A DNA stretch of 60,151 nt, the filler included, from Squatina squatina (Eukaryota): the NCBI GenBank assembly GCA_031763465.1. It is 4 parts of 3 records of this genome, joined end to end, with 100 filler letters (N's around TTAATTAATTAA, not from the genome) between each part and the next. Parts side by side here need not be neighbours in the genome. Positions count along the whole stretch, not along the records: positions 1 to 14,139 come from JARFOE010000013.1; 3 more parts are not named here. One strand, 5' to 3'. Below are positions 1 to 11,890 of this stretch, piece by piece. Under the pieces are notes generated by a model. That model searched no databases. It was not told where the DNA came from and saw only the letters and a program-made list of their open reading frames with translations. A program made the position numbers and the translations under genes. The first letter of the stretch is position 1; each line of letters begins with the position of its first letter.

Positions 1-54
1 AGATATAACACATCCACTGGTTCTCCCTTATCCACTCTGCTAGTTACATCCTCG
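1..54 (-). mobile_element. CR1 LINE ORF2 reverse-transcriptase fragment
   Basis: Minus strand reads EDVTSRVDKGEPVDVLY, the same motif as the CR1 RT piece at 26907-27099. Confidence 0.75.
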
Positions 55-305
55 AGTGTGGTTACCCAGAGTGTGGTTAGAATGTGGAACTCGCTACCAC
101 ATGGAGTGGAGGAGGCAAATGGCATAGGTGCATTTTAGGAAAAGCTAGATAGGTATATGAGGGAGAAAGGAATAGAAGGATATGTTGATTAGGTGAGATG
201 AGGAAGGGTGGGAGGAGGCTCGTGTGGAGCATAAGCACCGGCACAGACCTGTTGGGCCGAATGGCCTGTTTTCTGTGCTGTAAACTTTATGTATTTCTAT
301 GTAAT
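55..305 (+). mobile_element. CR1 LINE 3' end
   Basis: ORF2 C-terminal (R)VVRMWNSLP motif, then 3' UTR with GGGCCGAATGGCCTG..TCTGTGCTGTA tail. Confidence 0.8.
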
Positions 306-1014
306 ACAATGAGATATTGTGACAATATTGTTCGATTCACTGCACTCAGACAGTATATAGAAAGTGAACAGAGGATTCGGCCCCTCTGGCACCGGCATCA
401 TGGGCCGAACGGCCTCGGTCTGTGCTGTATCATCCTATGATTCTAAGATATCTTATCGGTGACAGTGAATTATAACTGTCTCTTTACCACAAGTATCACA
501 AAGCCATCAAACCTATGCTACAGGCAGGTGTTAGGATAGTCTTTTTTTCAAACATGAAAATAAAATGGCTGGCTTTGCCTTGTCACAGATGAAGTATGTT
601 CACTTGATGGGCGCGAGGCCCCGGGTAGGTTTTTAAACAACATCAATCCCATCAACAATAGACGCAGAGGAAGCCGAGGATCCCACAGGGGGCTGCAGAA
701 GGTGTAACTCAATCACAGTAAGCAGTTGAGTTAATAATCATTATTCTGATTACTAGGCCACAGCTGTGATTGCATAGGTAAGTGATTTGCTTTAAAAGAG
801 CCTCATCTTTATGCATCAATCTCTTACAATTTATCAGATCTATTGGCTACACAATTAAATTGNNNNNNNNNNNNNNNNNNNNNNNNNNNNNNNNNNNNNN
901 NNNNNNNNNNNNNNNNNNNNNNNNNNNNNNNNNNNNNNNNNNNNNNNNNNNNNNNNNNNNNNAATTAAGGTACGTATATTCAGTCATTAGGAATCAAACA
1001 CCATGCATGAGCAA

Positions 1015-1430
1015 CTTACATAGAATTACATACAATTTTACAGCACAGAAACAGGCCTATGCTCCACACAAGCCTCTTTCTACCTTACTTCATTTCGCTC
1101 TATCAATATAACATTCTATTCCTTTCTCCCTCATGTACTTACTTAGCTTCCCTTTAAATGCATCTATGCTATTCACCTCAGCTATTCCATGTGACAGTGA
1201 GTTCCACATTCTAATCACGCCCTGAATAAAGAAGTTCGTGGAAGTTATTGGATTTATGTGTGACTATCTTATAATTATAGCCCCTAATTTTGGACTCCCC
1301 GCAAATGGAAATTATCTTCTCCATGTGTACCTTTCAAACCCCTTTATAATTATAAAGACCTCTATCAGGCCACCTCTCAGTCTTCTCTTTTCTAGAGAAA
1401 ATAACCCCAGCCTGTTCAGTTTTTACTGAG
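1015..1430 (-). mobile_element. CR1 LINE 3' end, decayed
   Basis: Reverse complement resembles 55-305 and encodes decayed LFSLEKRRLRGGLIEVFIIIKG. Confidence 0.7.
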
Positions 1431-1607
1431 AGTTTTATCAAAGTCTCAAAATAGTTTTATAATATCAGAGGAAACATAACCTACCTTTCGTTATTTAAAC
1501 TCAGTTGNNNNNNNNNNNNNNNNNNNNNNNNNNNNNNNNNNNNNNNNNNNNNNNNNNNNNNNNNNNNNNNNNNNNNNNNNNNNNNNNNNNNNNNNNNNNN
1601 NNNNNNN

Positions 1608-1716
1608 GCCAGGACACCAGAGATAACGCCCCTGCTCTTCTTCCAAATAGTGCCATAGGATCTTTTACATCCACCTGAGATAGCAGAGGGGGCCTCAGTT
1701 TGACGTCTCATCCAAA
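1608..1716 (-). mobile_element. DeuSINE (SacSINE1-like) fragment
   Basis: TGCCATAGGATCTTTTACATCCACCTGAG...GCCTCAGTTTGACGTCTCATCC matches the Deu domain in 54652-55082. Confidence 0.75.
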
Positions 1717-1729
1717 ATATGGACGTAAC

Positions 1730-1995
1730 CTTACAGTTTTTTCCTTTTTAAGTATTTATCCAATTCTCTATTAAAAGTTACTATTGAATCTGCTTCCACC
1801 ACCCTTTCAGACATCAGATCATCATGACTCGTTGAGTTTTTAAAATTNNNNNNNNNNCTCCCCCTCCCCCGCTGGCATTTTTGCCAATTATCTTAAACCT
1901 GTGTCCTCTGGTTACCGACCCTACTGCCAGTGGAAACAGATTCTCCCTATCTACCCTATCAAGCCCTTCATATTTTTGAACACGTCTATTAAAGC
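1730..1995 (-). mobile_element. CR1 LINE 3' fragment
   Basis: Translates as GLDRVDRENLFPLAVGSVTRGHRFKII, the CR1 ORF2 C-terminus. Confidence 0.75.
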
Positions 1996-4900
1996 TCATT
2001 TCATTTCTCACACCAACCTTCCTTGGGACATGCCTGAGTGAAATTGGCAATTAATGCAGAATTATGCGCTGTAGAATCACATCTGGTAAGAACCTTTACC
2101 TGATGTTAGAAGAATAATCTGTTCCATCTCATAAATATTTCAAATGTGAAAGTTTTGCAAAAGCTTACCGTCTTCAATCAATTTCCAGTGCAAATAATAA
2201 AACTGTTAACAGACAAATTAAAATGAAATCTCCCAGGGAGTCAGCAGATAAAGATTAAAAAATAACCTTTACACGGTTCGCTCGGAGAATTTCAGCCTTC
2301 CAGCTGAGAGGCAGGCTCAGTCAGGGAGCTGCTTAAATGCTAGACAAATAACAGAAAATGTAATTAGTCGTGTGGCAACACAGGAAGGAGCTGCTGTGAA
2401 AGGCAGATCACAGAATCTGTGAAGTTGAGGAGCTGTGTCCTCGGGCAGTTACTGTGTTACTCAGTGTCAGTCAAGGATTTGGTTCTGGGACTCTTCTGAA
2501 CTGAACTCACAGATGGTTTCCTCGCTNNNNNNNNNNNNNNNNNNNNNNNNNNNNNNNNNNNNNNNNNNNNNNNNNNNNNNNNNNNNNNNNNNNNNNNNNN
2601 NNNNNNNNNNNNNNNNNNNNNNNNNNTATAATTCTAAATTATTTCCAAAAGCTACAATGTAAGGGTAGAATTACTTATGAATTTTTTAAGATGAGGCATT
2701 TAATACTTAATCTACTAATGATTCCTTTATTTGATTTTGGAGACGTTATTTACATTTGCTATCAGCTCGCTGAGGGAACCATATTAAAAATGAAATGCTG
2801 ATTGACCTGTAAGCAGATATTTGCAGGGGAGCCTTTTCCGTCAGGTTTTTTTTTTCCTGAAATGAATGAAGGTACTTAAATATAAAGATGTAGAAGATCT
2901 AATGGCTGAGGTAATTACTTTACACGGAAAATACTACTCCCCGCAGCTACCGTCTCTTATGATGTACTCAAATAATAATTAAAAATGACAGTAAAGCTGC
3001 CAGAGCCACCATAATAGCAAGATCGTGGCATCATTACACTTTACTTTCAAACTTAGGAGCTGCTCCCAATTGATGGCACTGTAAGAAGGGCTGGATGAGC
3101 TTTGCTCCTTGTACGTTTTGTTATGTTCTCAAATCCAACAACAGCAACCTGCATTTATATAGCGCCCTTAACATAGTCAAACGCCCCAAGNNNNNNNNNN
3201 NNNNNNNNNNNNNNNNNNNNNNNNNNNNNNNNNNNNNNNNNNNNNNNNNNNNNNNNNNNNNNNNNNNNNNNNNNNNNNNNNNNNNNNNNNGTTTATTTTT
3301 GGAATATAGTCCAGAAAAAAAAATTAGATCAGTCCGAAAAAATTGCAAATAAATTAAGTGTAACAGAGAGAGAGAATTGGAAAGAAGAGAACAATTTGGG
3401 TAGGTGGGGGGCAGAGAGAAATGACATAGAATACACAGCGTAGAAACTGGCCTTTCAGCCCAAGCAGTCCGTGCTGCTGCTTAGGCTCCATTCGAACCTC
3501 CTTGAAAGAGAAAGAGAAGAGGACGAGCGATGGTTCTCCTCAACAAGTTTGCACATACAGCCTGTAGCAGCCTTGGATTTCCAAAGTAATTAAATGAACC
3601 AATGCAGATTGCCTCAGTGAAACTGCTTAATTGCAATCTGCTTACAATGCAACCATAATGTGAAATGTTTGGCATAATTTTGCATCATGCAAATGAGACC
3701 TGATCGTTGATGAAATGGTGACTCTGTTATTTGTCACGCTTGCTCGTTGTATTCTGGGGGGATGGGGGTTATGCAAATTGTTGGGCGCTGATGTTAAGTG
3801 GTTTTACAGGTTCCTTTGCAAATTCATGACTTTTCTTCTATTTTATTCTGCTTTTTTCTTTCCTCAGCTATTTATTTTGATGAAAGCAGACAGATCGTTA
3901 TATGCCAGGATGACTTGGAAGGTAGATTCAATTCTAAACATTATTTTCTTGTGCCTTTTTTTAAACTCTAGTGATTAGAATCTGGAGATTACAGTAAATC
4001 TTATTATATGACTGATGTGTGTGTATATAAAGTAATGGGGGTGAAACAGGACTGCTGACCAAAGTAGAGCTTGAGAAGGAAATGTGATGCTCCAAAATAA
4101 CATTTCAGTGTTGTGCAGTGCTTTATTTAGCAGTTCAGCCAAGAACAGACAAAAACTTGCAGAGCTGAGAGACCAGGGAACTCACTGTGGGTGTAGAATG
4201 CATAGCTTTTAACTGCCTACAAAAATCTGGGGTTTGCAGTCATTGTTTCAAAGTTGGGATTACTCATGAAATCTTGGGATGCCTTTAATGGTTACTCCAG
4301 GCAAGGCATCGAGGAAAAAANNNNNNNNNNNNNNNNNNNNNNNNNNNNNNNNNNNNNNNNNNNNNNNNNNNNNNNNNNNNNNNNNNNNNNNNNNNNNNNN
4401 NNNNNNNNNNNNNNNNNNNNTGCTCGGTAAAGCGACATCAGTAAGCTCTTCAGTGTGTAATGTGTCACTGGTGCAACACAACAGGGGCGGCCATTTCACG
4501 CAGGTTTTCGCTGCTGACACACTGCTGTGCGCAAAATGGTGGACTTGGAGACGTTCTGCATTCTGTTTTGCTTTTGTGAACCATGGCGATGGCGCGGAGG
4601 TATTGCTGAATTCCACTTTTAAACGAGCTTCCAACTGGCATGCATTAGGGACACCAGTGCCTGGGGAGTCTCCTGTTTGATGGAGTATTCCTTTAAATAC
4701 ATTAAGCCCCAAGCCCGCCAACTAATTATTTTTGCAATTGAATATTCTATTAATTATTGAAATGATTGAATATTCCGGTACAGTAAACCACTGTACAAAT
4801 GATACATATTGATTAAAAGTTAATTTAGCATTCTGCATAATAATGTGCCGCAGTACACTGATGAGCCCTAGCTCTATTTTCAATGACGCACCAATCAAGC

Positions 4901-5307
4901 TAATAGCCTAAAATGTCAACTGCATTTCAAGGTTTGCTTTGTTTACTGCAGAATTTAATCTGAACAATTGGATCAAAATTTGTTTGTACTACTGTATTAT
5001 GACTACATCAAATGGTGCGATTAAAGGGTAATTAATGAATTATTTTACTTTGGTTGTTTTTTCTTTGCAATATTTTCTTCCNNNNNNNNNNNNNNNNNNN
5101 NNNNNNNNNNNNNNNNNNNNNNNNNNNNNNNNNNNNNNNNNNNNNNNNNNNNNNNNNNNNNNNNNNNNNNNNNNNNNNNNNCCATTGTTAAGGGCACATT
5201 ATCCATCTTATTATGGCTTATATTGTTGCATCTTCCAGAGTTCTAAATAAGAAATGCAATGAATTTTAAAGACTGCAATTATTTGCTTTGAAAGTTTTTT
5301 TTAAACG

Positions 5308-5470
5308 TTTGGGGCGCTAATTTTTACAAGTTTGAAAAATTAGCCCCAGGCGCTAACGATTTCAAACTTTAAAAAAATTTGTTGTTTGCACTTCAAGAAG
5401 GAAGTGGAGTGCTAATTCAAGCACTCCACTTCCTTGGCGTGCAATCGGCAGCAGTATTATAGGCCGCCGA
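5308..5470. mobile_element. Fragment of a MITE-like DNA element with internal hairpin
   Basis: Perfect 14-bp inverted repeat GGAAGTGGAGTGCT/AGCACTCCACTTCC at 5400-5433; a related hairpin lies at 56193-56230. Confidence 0.5.
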
Positions 5471-6329
5471 ATATTGTGTTATCAGCTGCAAGGTCATCGT
5501 CAGCCTTCTATCACTCATGAACCTTTCCACTTTTTTGTTCCTTTTGTAGTTGAGTATATTTTTTTGAAAGCTGGTTAATGAAATGTCTTCTCTCATTATA
5601 GAGCCGATTTTGGTTCAATCCATGTAGGCTGAATTTACGTCAGTCTGACAACCCAGAAAAATTGGTTTGGGGCTCAGGGAAAACATTTCAGGAGCTGCTT
5701 TCTACATGAAATAATAATAAATTTAATGAGGTTCTAATAGGTTCAATAATTACATTTAACTGTAGGTATAATTCTGTCTTTTCCTTNNNNNNNNNNNNNN
5801 NNNNNNNNNNNNNNNNNNNNNNNNNNNNNNNNNNNNNNNNNNNNNNNNNNNNNNNNNNNNNNNNNNNNNNNNNNNNNNNNNNNNNNTTTTCTAGTGTTAA
5901 TTACTGAAGCAGCCCGGTGAGCAACCACGTTCTGTGGGAAAAATGAGATTCTTAATTAAATGAGAACATGAGAGAAATGACAGATTTGTTAATACTGCAA
6001 TTAATCTTCTTAGCATCTAAAATGAGAACCCAAATGCTCAGCAAACATTCATCAAAACGGTTCGAAATTAAGTTTAGGAATCTGTAAGTGCTAAAAATGA
6101 ATCAATAAATTTAAGATGACATGGTGTTTCTGATTATGGAGCACCGTTTTACGAATGATACTTGAATACTAAAACCAGAAACTAATACATCAAATGTAGA
6201 ATCTGGACCTACTTTCTAGAAGTTTATTTTGGTGCGTTTGTTGAAAGCCTTGAAGAGTCCACCATTAATTCAGTTGTGTACGCTAATCTGTTGTGGCCTG
6301 TTTCTGTGCTGCACATTCTGCACATTCTG

Positions 6330-6839
6330 TGGATCACTCTACAATCAGAGCAATGCGAAAAAGGTTGAGTTAGCGGCGGGAGCACGGGCCTGCAAAAAGT
6401 CACGGCCTTTGACTCTTTAACAAAAAATTTCATGGCGGCACAGTTGGAGGCGCTAAGCATATCATTCGGGGCACTGCAGGGGCGATGTCCTCCAGTCTGC
6501 CGGCAATTCCGCCTGCCACTAAACAGATCGCAGTGCACTGCAGCCCTTAAAGATTTTTGCAGTCAATGTCTAAGGGGTAACAAACCTCACAGCTAATAAG
6601 CAAATACACAACCTAATGCTTAAATCACTGCTCCCTGGCCCAAAGTCGCAACCTTGGAGCAAGTTGGCCGATACAAAATGCTTCCCTTGCAGGTGCCTTT
6701 AAATACCTTCGGTGCTTATGCGTTGTGGCAGGCCTGCGACAGCTTCCGCTGCCGACGTCACCACCGCGTTTGACGTCGGAGGCGAAGTTGAATTCTCCAT
6801 CCGAGGCGCACACTGGGGGATGCGCATGGTGGTGATGTC
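6330..6839. mobile_element. CpG-rich, probably DNA-transposon-derived segment
   Basis: Abrupt CpG-rich patch in AT-rich DNA with inverted repeat CCGACGTCA/TGACGTCGG (6752-6779), truncated by a gap. Confidence 0.4.
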
Positions 6840-7067
6840 NNNNNNNNNNNNNNNNNNNNNNNNNNNNNNNNNNNNNNNNNNNNNNNNNNNNNNNNNNNNN
6901 NNNNNNNNNNNNNNNNNNNNNNNNNNNNNNNNNNNNNNNTACAAAACGTCAGTTAGCATTGTGAGAGATTTGGGGCACCCCTGGAAAGAAAGGACATGAA
7001 GGCAATCGAGAGCAGATGGTGTAGATTCATCAGGGAATACCAGGAGAAACTGGAGTTACTAATAAAG

Positions 7068-7382
7068 TAAAAGAAAATCTTGCATTCATATAGTGCCTTT
7101 CACGACAACGAACGTCTCAAAGCGCTTTACAACCAATTAAGTGCTTTTGGAGTGTAGGCACTGTTGTAATGTGGGAAACAAGACAGCCAATTTCTGCACA
7201 GCAAGCTCCCACAAACAGCAATGTGACAATGACCAGATAATCTGGTTTAGTGACGTTGGTTGGGGGATAAATATTGGCCAGGACACCAGGGAGAACTCCC
7301 CCCGCTCTTCATTGCAACAGTGATCTTTTACGTCCACCTGAGTGGGCAAACGTCTCTTCCGTAAAACGGCACCTCTGACAGT
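7068..7382 (-). mobile_element. DeuSINE (SacSINE1-like), tail plus Deu domain
   Basis: Colinear with 54652-54950 (CTTGCATT..ATAG.GCCTTTCA, GACCAGATAATC, GGCCAGGACACC). Confidence 0.8.
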
Positions 7383-7578
7383 TTAAAAAATTCCGCACAT
7401 TATGCATACTCTATGAAATAGATAGAAGGTGAGACTACACTTGGCGTACTGTGCACAGTTTTGGTCTCCTTATCTGAGNNNNNNNNNNNNNNNNNNNNNN
7501 NNNNNNNNNNNNNNNNNNNNNNNNNNNNNNNNNNNNNNNNNNNNNNNNNNNNNNNNNNNNNNNNNNNNNNNNNNNNNN

Positions 7579-7737
7579 GTTAGATATAGTTCTTAGGGCT
7601 AAAGGGATCAGGGGATATGGGGAGAAAGCAGGAACAGAGCACTGAATTTGGACGATCAGCCATGATCTCACTGAATGGTGGAGCAGGCTCGAAGGGTCGA
7701 ATGGCCTACTCCTGCTCCTATTTTCTATGTTTCTATG
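7579..7737 (+). mobile_element. CR1 LINE 3' UTR
   Basis: GATCAGCCATGATC...GGCCTACTCCTGCTCCTATTTTCTATGTTTCTATG tail. Confidence 0.8.
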
Positions 7738-8493
7738 AAAGAGAAAGGCAAAATATTTTCCGAGCAGAAGTAAACAGCTGACATCATTAAGCTGACAGGT
7801 CTGAATGCAATAAGATGAAGGCGGCAAACAGTTGGCATNNNNNNNNNNACAGAAATACTCACTACTCAGACATTTATTTAAGTGGATGGAGCTGTCTGTT
7901 TGACCACATTTTAAACTTGTCTCAGCTGCGTTTCTTTGTTATTTGCAAACAATGGCCAACCCACAGTATTCAGAATTCATTTTAAGTGTCTTTTTTTTCC
8001 CAGCTGGAAGATATATATTCATCATAAATAAATGTACCGTCCTGCTATTTAGCATATTCTTCATTTTTTCTTCTTCATAACTAAATTGGATTATGGATTA
8101 CACTGTGGGGGAAGTGGTGACAATGACAAATGCTCATGAACACAAGTGAAATAATTTCGTTAAAATCACAATGCGCAACAGGTACAGAGACACTGTTGTG
8201 TGCAACTGGGAGCACTCTGTCACGGTGAGATCTAATCGTCAAACAAACGTCATTCTCGACCCGCACCCAGGCTTTAGACAGGAGCTGCCTGGCTGGGTGT
8301 CTGGAGCCATACAGGGGAGCAGGGAAGATGATCACTCCCTGAAGGGACTACAGAACAACAGCACTCAATCTTGATGAAGTCCAGATGTGTGGGNNNNNNN
8401 NNNNNNNNNNNNNNNNNNNNNNNNNNNNNNNNNNNNNNNNNNNNNNNNNNNNNNNNNNNNNNNNNNNNNNNNNNNNNNNNNNNNNNNNNNNNN

Positions 8494-8578
8494 TCAGCCA
8501 TGATCATATTGAATGGCGGAGCAGGCCCGAAGGGCCGAATGGCCTACTCCTGCTCCTATTTTCTATGTTCTTATGTTC
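8494..8578 (+). mobile_element. CR1 LINE 3' tail
   Basis: Same tail as 7579-7737. Confidence 0.75.
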
Positions 8579-8613
8579 TCATTAGTAAGTTGAACAAGTG
8601 ACGTTTCGTAATG

Positions 8614-8644
8614 ACAATGGGTTCATTGTTTGATTTGCATTGTT
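8614..8644. promoter_or_regulatory. Candidate SOX dimer plus octamer composite element
   Basis: ACAATG-N4-CATTGT (8614-8629), ATTTGCAT (8633-8640) and CATTGTT (8638-8644); motif match only. Confidence 0.3.
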
Positions 8645-10262
8645 TCATTCTCACTCTCCTATCCTTTTTTTGCTATCTTTCATGAAAAATAATATCCTTT
8701 TACTGTTCTGAAACTGTATCAAAAATATTGAATTCGCAGCATCGGCAAAAACAGATCATACTTGAATTGACGTTAATTACAACCACTTTACTAATTGAGG
8801 GTCTGTTTGCAAAAATGCTGCACAACAAAAATAAATAGCATTTTTATTACATAATTATGTATTGCGGTTGCTTTCAAAGCATAAATAGTTTATTCTGAGT
8901 TCAAGGTAAATGTAATTATTTTTGATCATTAATCTTTGAAAATATGTTCTTAAACCTCGAGGTTTTGAAACACGGCCCTTTCGGTTAATGAGATGAAATT
9001 TTTGGAGTTCGCTGCTGTCAGAATTAATTACAGACGCAGCAGTAATAAATGTTTTCTTATGTAAACAATAGCGATGAGAGAGAGAAAAAAGATCTAATAG
9101 GAACTGTCCCCATTTGCATCATTCTGGATATGTTTATTCAAGTGCGGGGCTCTAACATTTCAATCTGACAGTCATTAATAATTCACTGCTGGGTGTTTGT
9201 CAGTGTGCGTCTCTTGTTACTGACACCCAGCCACATCTCTTAATTGGTTGAATCCAGTCCCCTTGCTCCCCCTTCACAGAGAGCCGAGCTATTCAAGAGG
9301 AGCTGGATCAATGACAGTAAACAGAGAGGAGACCCTTCGAGGAAGCAAATGTAGATCAGGTTGTAAAAAGCAGTGCATGCGGTAGTTTCTGAAATGCTGA
9401 ATTCTGTTCTGAATCCTCTCGTCAGCACTTCTTGTCAGGGACAAAACATATTAATTTCCTGGAGTGTAACTGTCTCTAGTAACAGCAGCAAGTTTGACAC
9501 CAACGTCTAAATCTGTCACTAAGTCCTGACAGCAAGGGTGAAGGGGATTGTGGCTTCCATGGCAGTTCCTCTGATACAGTGACTGAGGTAGGTACCTGTG
9601 CTCAAAATAAATTGCCCTTGAACTGAGCCTAATGCTGTGTGGAGAAGGTGAGGCAGCTCTATTCTGAAAGGTAGTTGGTTAACTTGACTCTCTCACTTCA
9701 TTACAGNNNNNNNNNNNNNNNNNNNNNNNNNNNNNNNNNNNNNNNNNNNNNNNNNNNNNNNNNNNNNNNNNNNNNNNNNNNNNNNNNNNNNNNNNNNNNN
9801 NNNNNNAGCATCTCGCAGGGTATCAGCCGAGATTTATGCACTCAAATTTCTAGGGTGGGACATGAATGCACAACTGCTCTGACTTTTAAGTGAGTTGGCT
9901 GAGCCACAGTTGACAAAGTGACAATCTGTAAATAACCTTTGTAGCAATGTCATTGGACAAGTCCAAGTTCAGAATATCAGAGTTATGCTTAATACCGCTC
10001 ATTAAAATTGGGCTGTCATTTAATATCTAGATAGGATATCCCCGAGAAATAATCTCAATATTTATCGTGTCCTAATATAGATTCATATCATGCAAGGACC
10101 CAGCACAATACAGCATTACTACATGGCCTTGAGCCATTCACCTTGCTTTCAGTATGTTTTCCATTCCCATCTTATTAGAAATAAATAAATCATATCAAAG
10201 CTGCTCCATTCTTTATTAATGCAAGGAGCTGCAGTAAAAATGAAACATTTATAGAATCACTG

Positions 10263-10595
10263 TGGGGCCAGTTTTCAGGTACAGGACTTAGTCCATTCCA
10301 AATGGATAAGAATTGGCGCATATCTCTCCAGGTTGGAAAGAGAGTAATAGCGCTCAATTTTTATGCGGCAGCCCACTTCAATAATTACTTACAGCGTCTG
10401 GGGTAGATTTGGACAGGCACAAGAAACACATTAATGCTGGGAGCACCGACATTCCGAGTAAGTGAAATGCAAAGGGATGTGGAAGGTAAAAATTGCTGAT
10501 GGCCAGTTTTCGGCCCATAAGCAACACCGTGCAGACGAAGCCTGCTCCAACAGGCCGGTCCCCAGCTCAACCTAAATTGGGCTCCGGGCCTCTTT
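10263..10595. mobile_element. MITE-like DNA element fragment
   Basis: Starts with a GGGGCCAGTTTTC TIR-like end resembling other GGGG..AAATT/TTTT termini in the window; GC-rich interior. Confidence 0.4.
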
Positions 10596-10740
10596 NNNNN
10601 NNNNNNNNNNNNNNNNNNNNNNNNNNNNNNNNNNNNNNNNNNNNNNNNNNNNNNNNNNNNNNNNNNNNNNNNNNNNNNNNNNNNNNNNNNNNNNNCAGCG
10701 GGGCGGCAAAGTGACCGGACGCGGTCGAGCGCCATGTCCA

Positions 10741-10980
10741 CATTGTTCTGCCATTTCTTTGTTGCCCATTATACTTTCCCCCATTTCTGACTGTAGGGGA
10801 CCTACATTTGTCTTCACTAATCGTTTTCTCTTCACATATTTATAGAAGCTTTTACAGTTGGTTTTTATGTGGCCTGTAAGTTTACTCTCATACTCCATCT
10901 GCCCCCTCTTAGTCAGTCTCTTTGCTGAATTCTAAACTGCTCCCAATCCTCAGGCTTGCTGTTTTTTCTGGCAACTTTAT
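10741..10980 (-). mobile_element. CR1 LINE ORF2 fragment
   Basis: MEYESKLTGHIKTNCKSFYKYVKRKRLVKTNVGPLQSEMGESIMGNKEMAE, the CR1 EN-RT linker region. Confidence 0.85.
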
Positions 10981-10987
10981 GTCGATA

Positions 10988-11322
10988 TAATCGGGCCGGG
11001 TGTTACTCGAGACGGGTGTTATTCGGCCCGGGTATTAATCAGGCCGGGTATTAATCGGGCCAGGTATTAATCGGGCCAGGTATTAATCGGGCCGGGTGTT
11101 CATTGGGCCCGGGTATTAATCAGGCCGGGTATTAATCGGGCCGGGTATTAATCGGGCCGGGTATTAATCGGGCCGGGTGTTAATCGGGCCGGGTGTTAAT
11201 CGGGCCGGGTATTAATTGGGCCGAGTGTTAGTCGGGTCGGTTGTTAAACGAGCCGGGTGTTAATCGGGTCGGGTGTTAATCGGGCCGGGTGTTAATCGGG
11301 CCGTGTATTAATCAGGCCGAGT
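10988..11322. repeat. 16-bp minisatellite, about 21 copies of TTAATCGGGCCGGGT(A/G)
   Basis: Directly visible tandem array with no unique spacers. Confidence 0.95.
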
Positions 11323-11329
11323 GGGGCAG

Positions 11330-11890
11330 AGTAGGACGATGAGGAAATAGGCAGTTTTAGTGATACTGCATATGTGGTTGGAAGCTCATGTCAAGGTCAA
11401 ATATGACACCAAGGTTACAAACGGTCTGGTTCAGCCTCAGTCAGATGTTAGGGACAGGGATGGAGTCGGTGGCTGGGGAATGGATTTTGTGGCAGGGTTT
11501 GGAGGCAAGGATAGATCCTTGGAGGATACCAGCGGTAACAGTGTGGGAGCATGCAATTCTGTGGCTACCATTAGATAGATAAGAATGGAATCAGGTGAGT
11601 GCAGTCTCACCCAGCCAAACCATGGTGGAGAGATGCTGGAGGAGGCTGTTCTGGTCAAACGTACCAAAGGCTGCAGACAGGTCGAGAAGGACGAGGAGGG
11701 ATAGTTTAACTTTGTCGCTGTCAGATAGAATTTGTGACTTTGATAGAGCTGATATTGTGGCAAAGGCGGAAACCTGATGGGAGGGATTGAAACATGGAGT
11801 TCCCTCGAAGAGGGGCATGGGTTTGGGAGGTGACAATGCGTTCAAGGATTTTGGAGAGGAAAGGGAGATTGGAGATGGGGCTTGCAAGAA
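11330..11890 (-). mobile_element. L2-clade LINE reverse-transcriptase fragment
   Basis: Decayed LPFLSKILER...SGFR.CH...IKVTN...KLSLLVLLDLSAAFGTFD..LLQHLST, a typical L2 RT. Confidence 0.8.

Noticed and set aside
1486-1507. Partial exon QLSLNNE with donor GTAGGT
   Set aside because: Only 22 nt are visible before a gap; cannot be supported
2169-2202. Mini-exon FYYLHWKLIED with donor GTAAGC
   Set aside because: Weak acceptor, and composition and phase do not fit the coiled-coil gene
10988-11322. CRISPR array
   Set aside because: Contiguous 16-bp units with no unique spacers, no cas genes and a vertebrate context; it is a minisatellite
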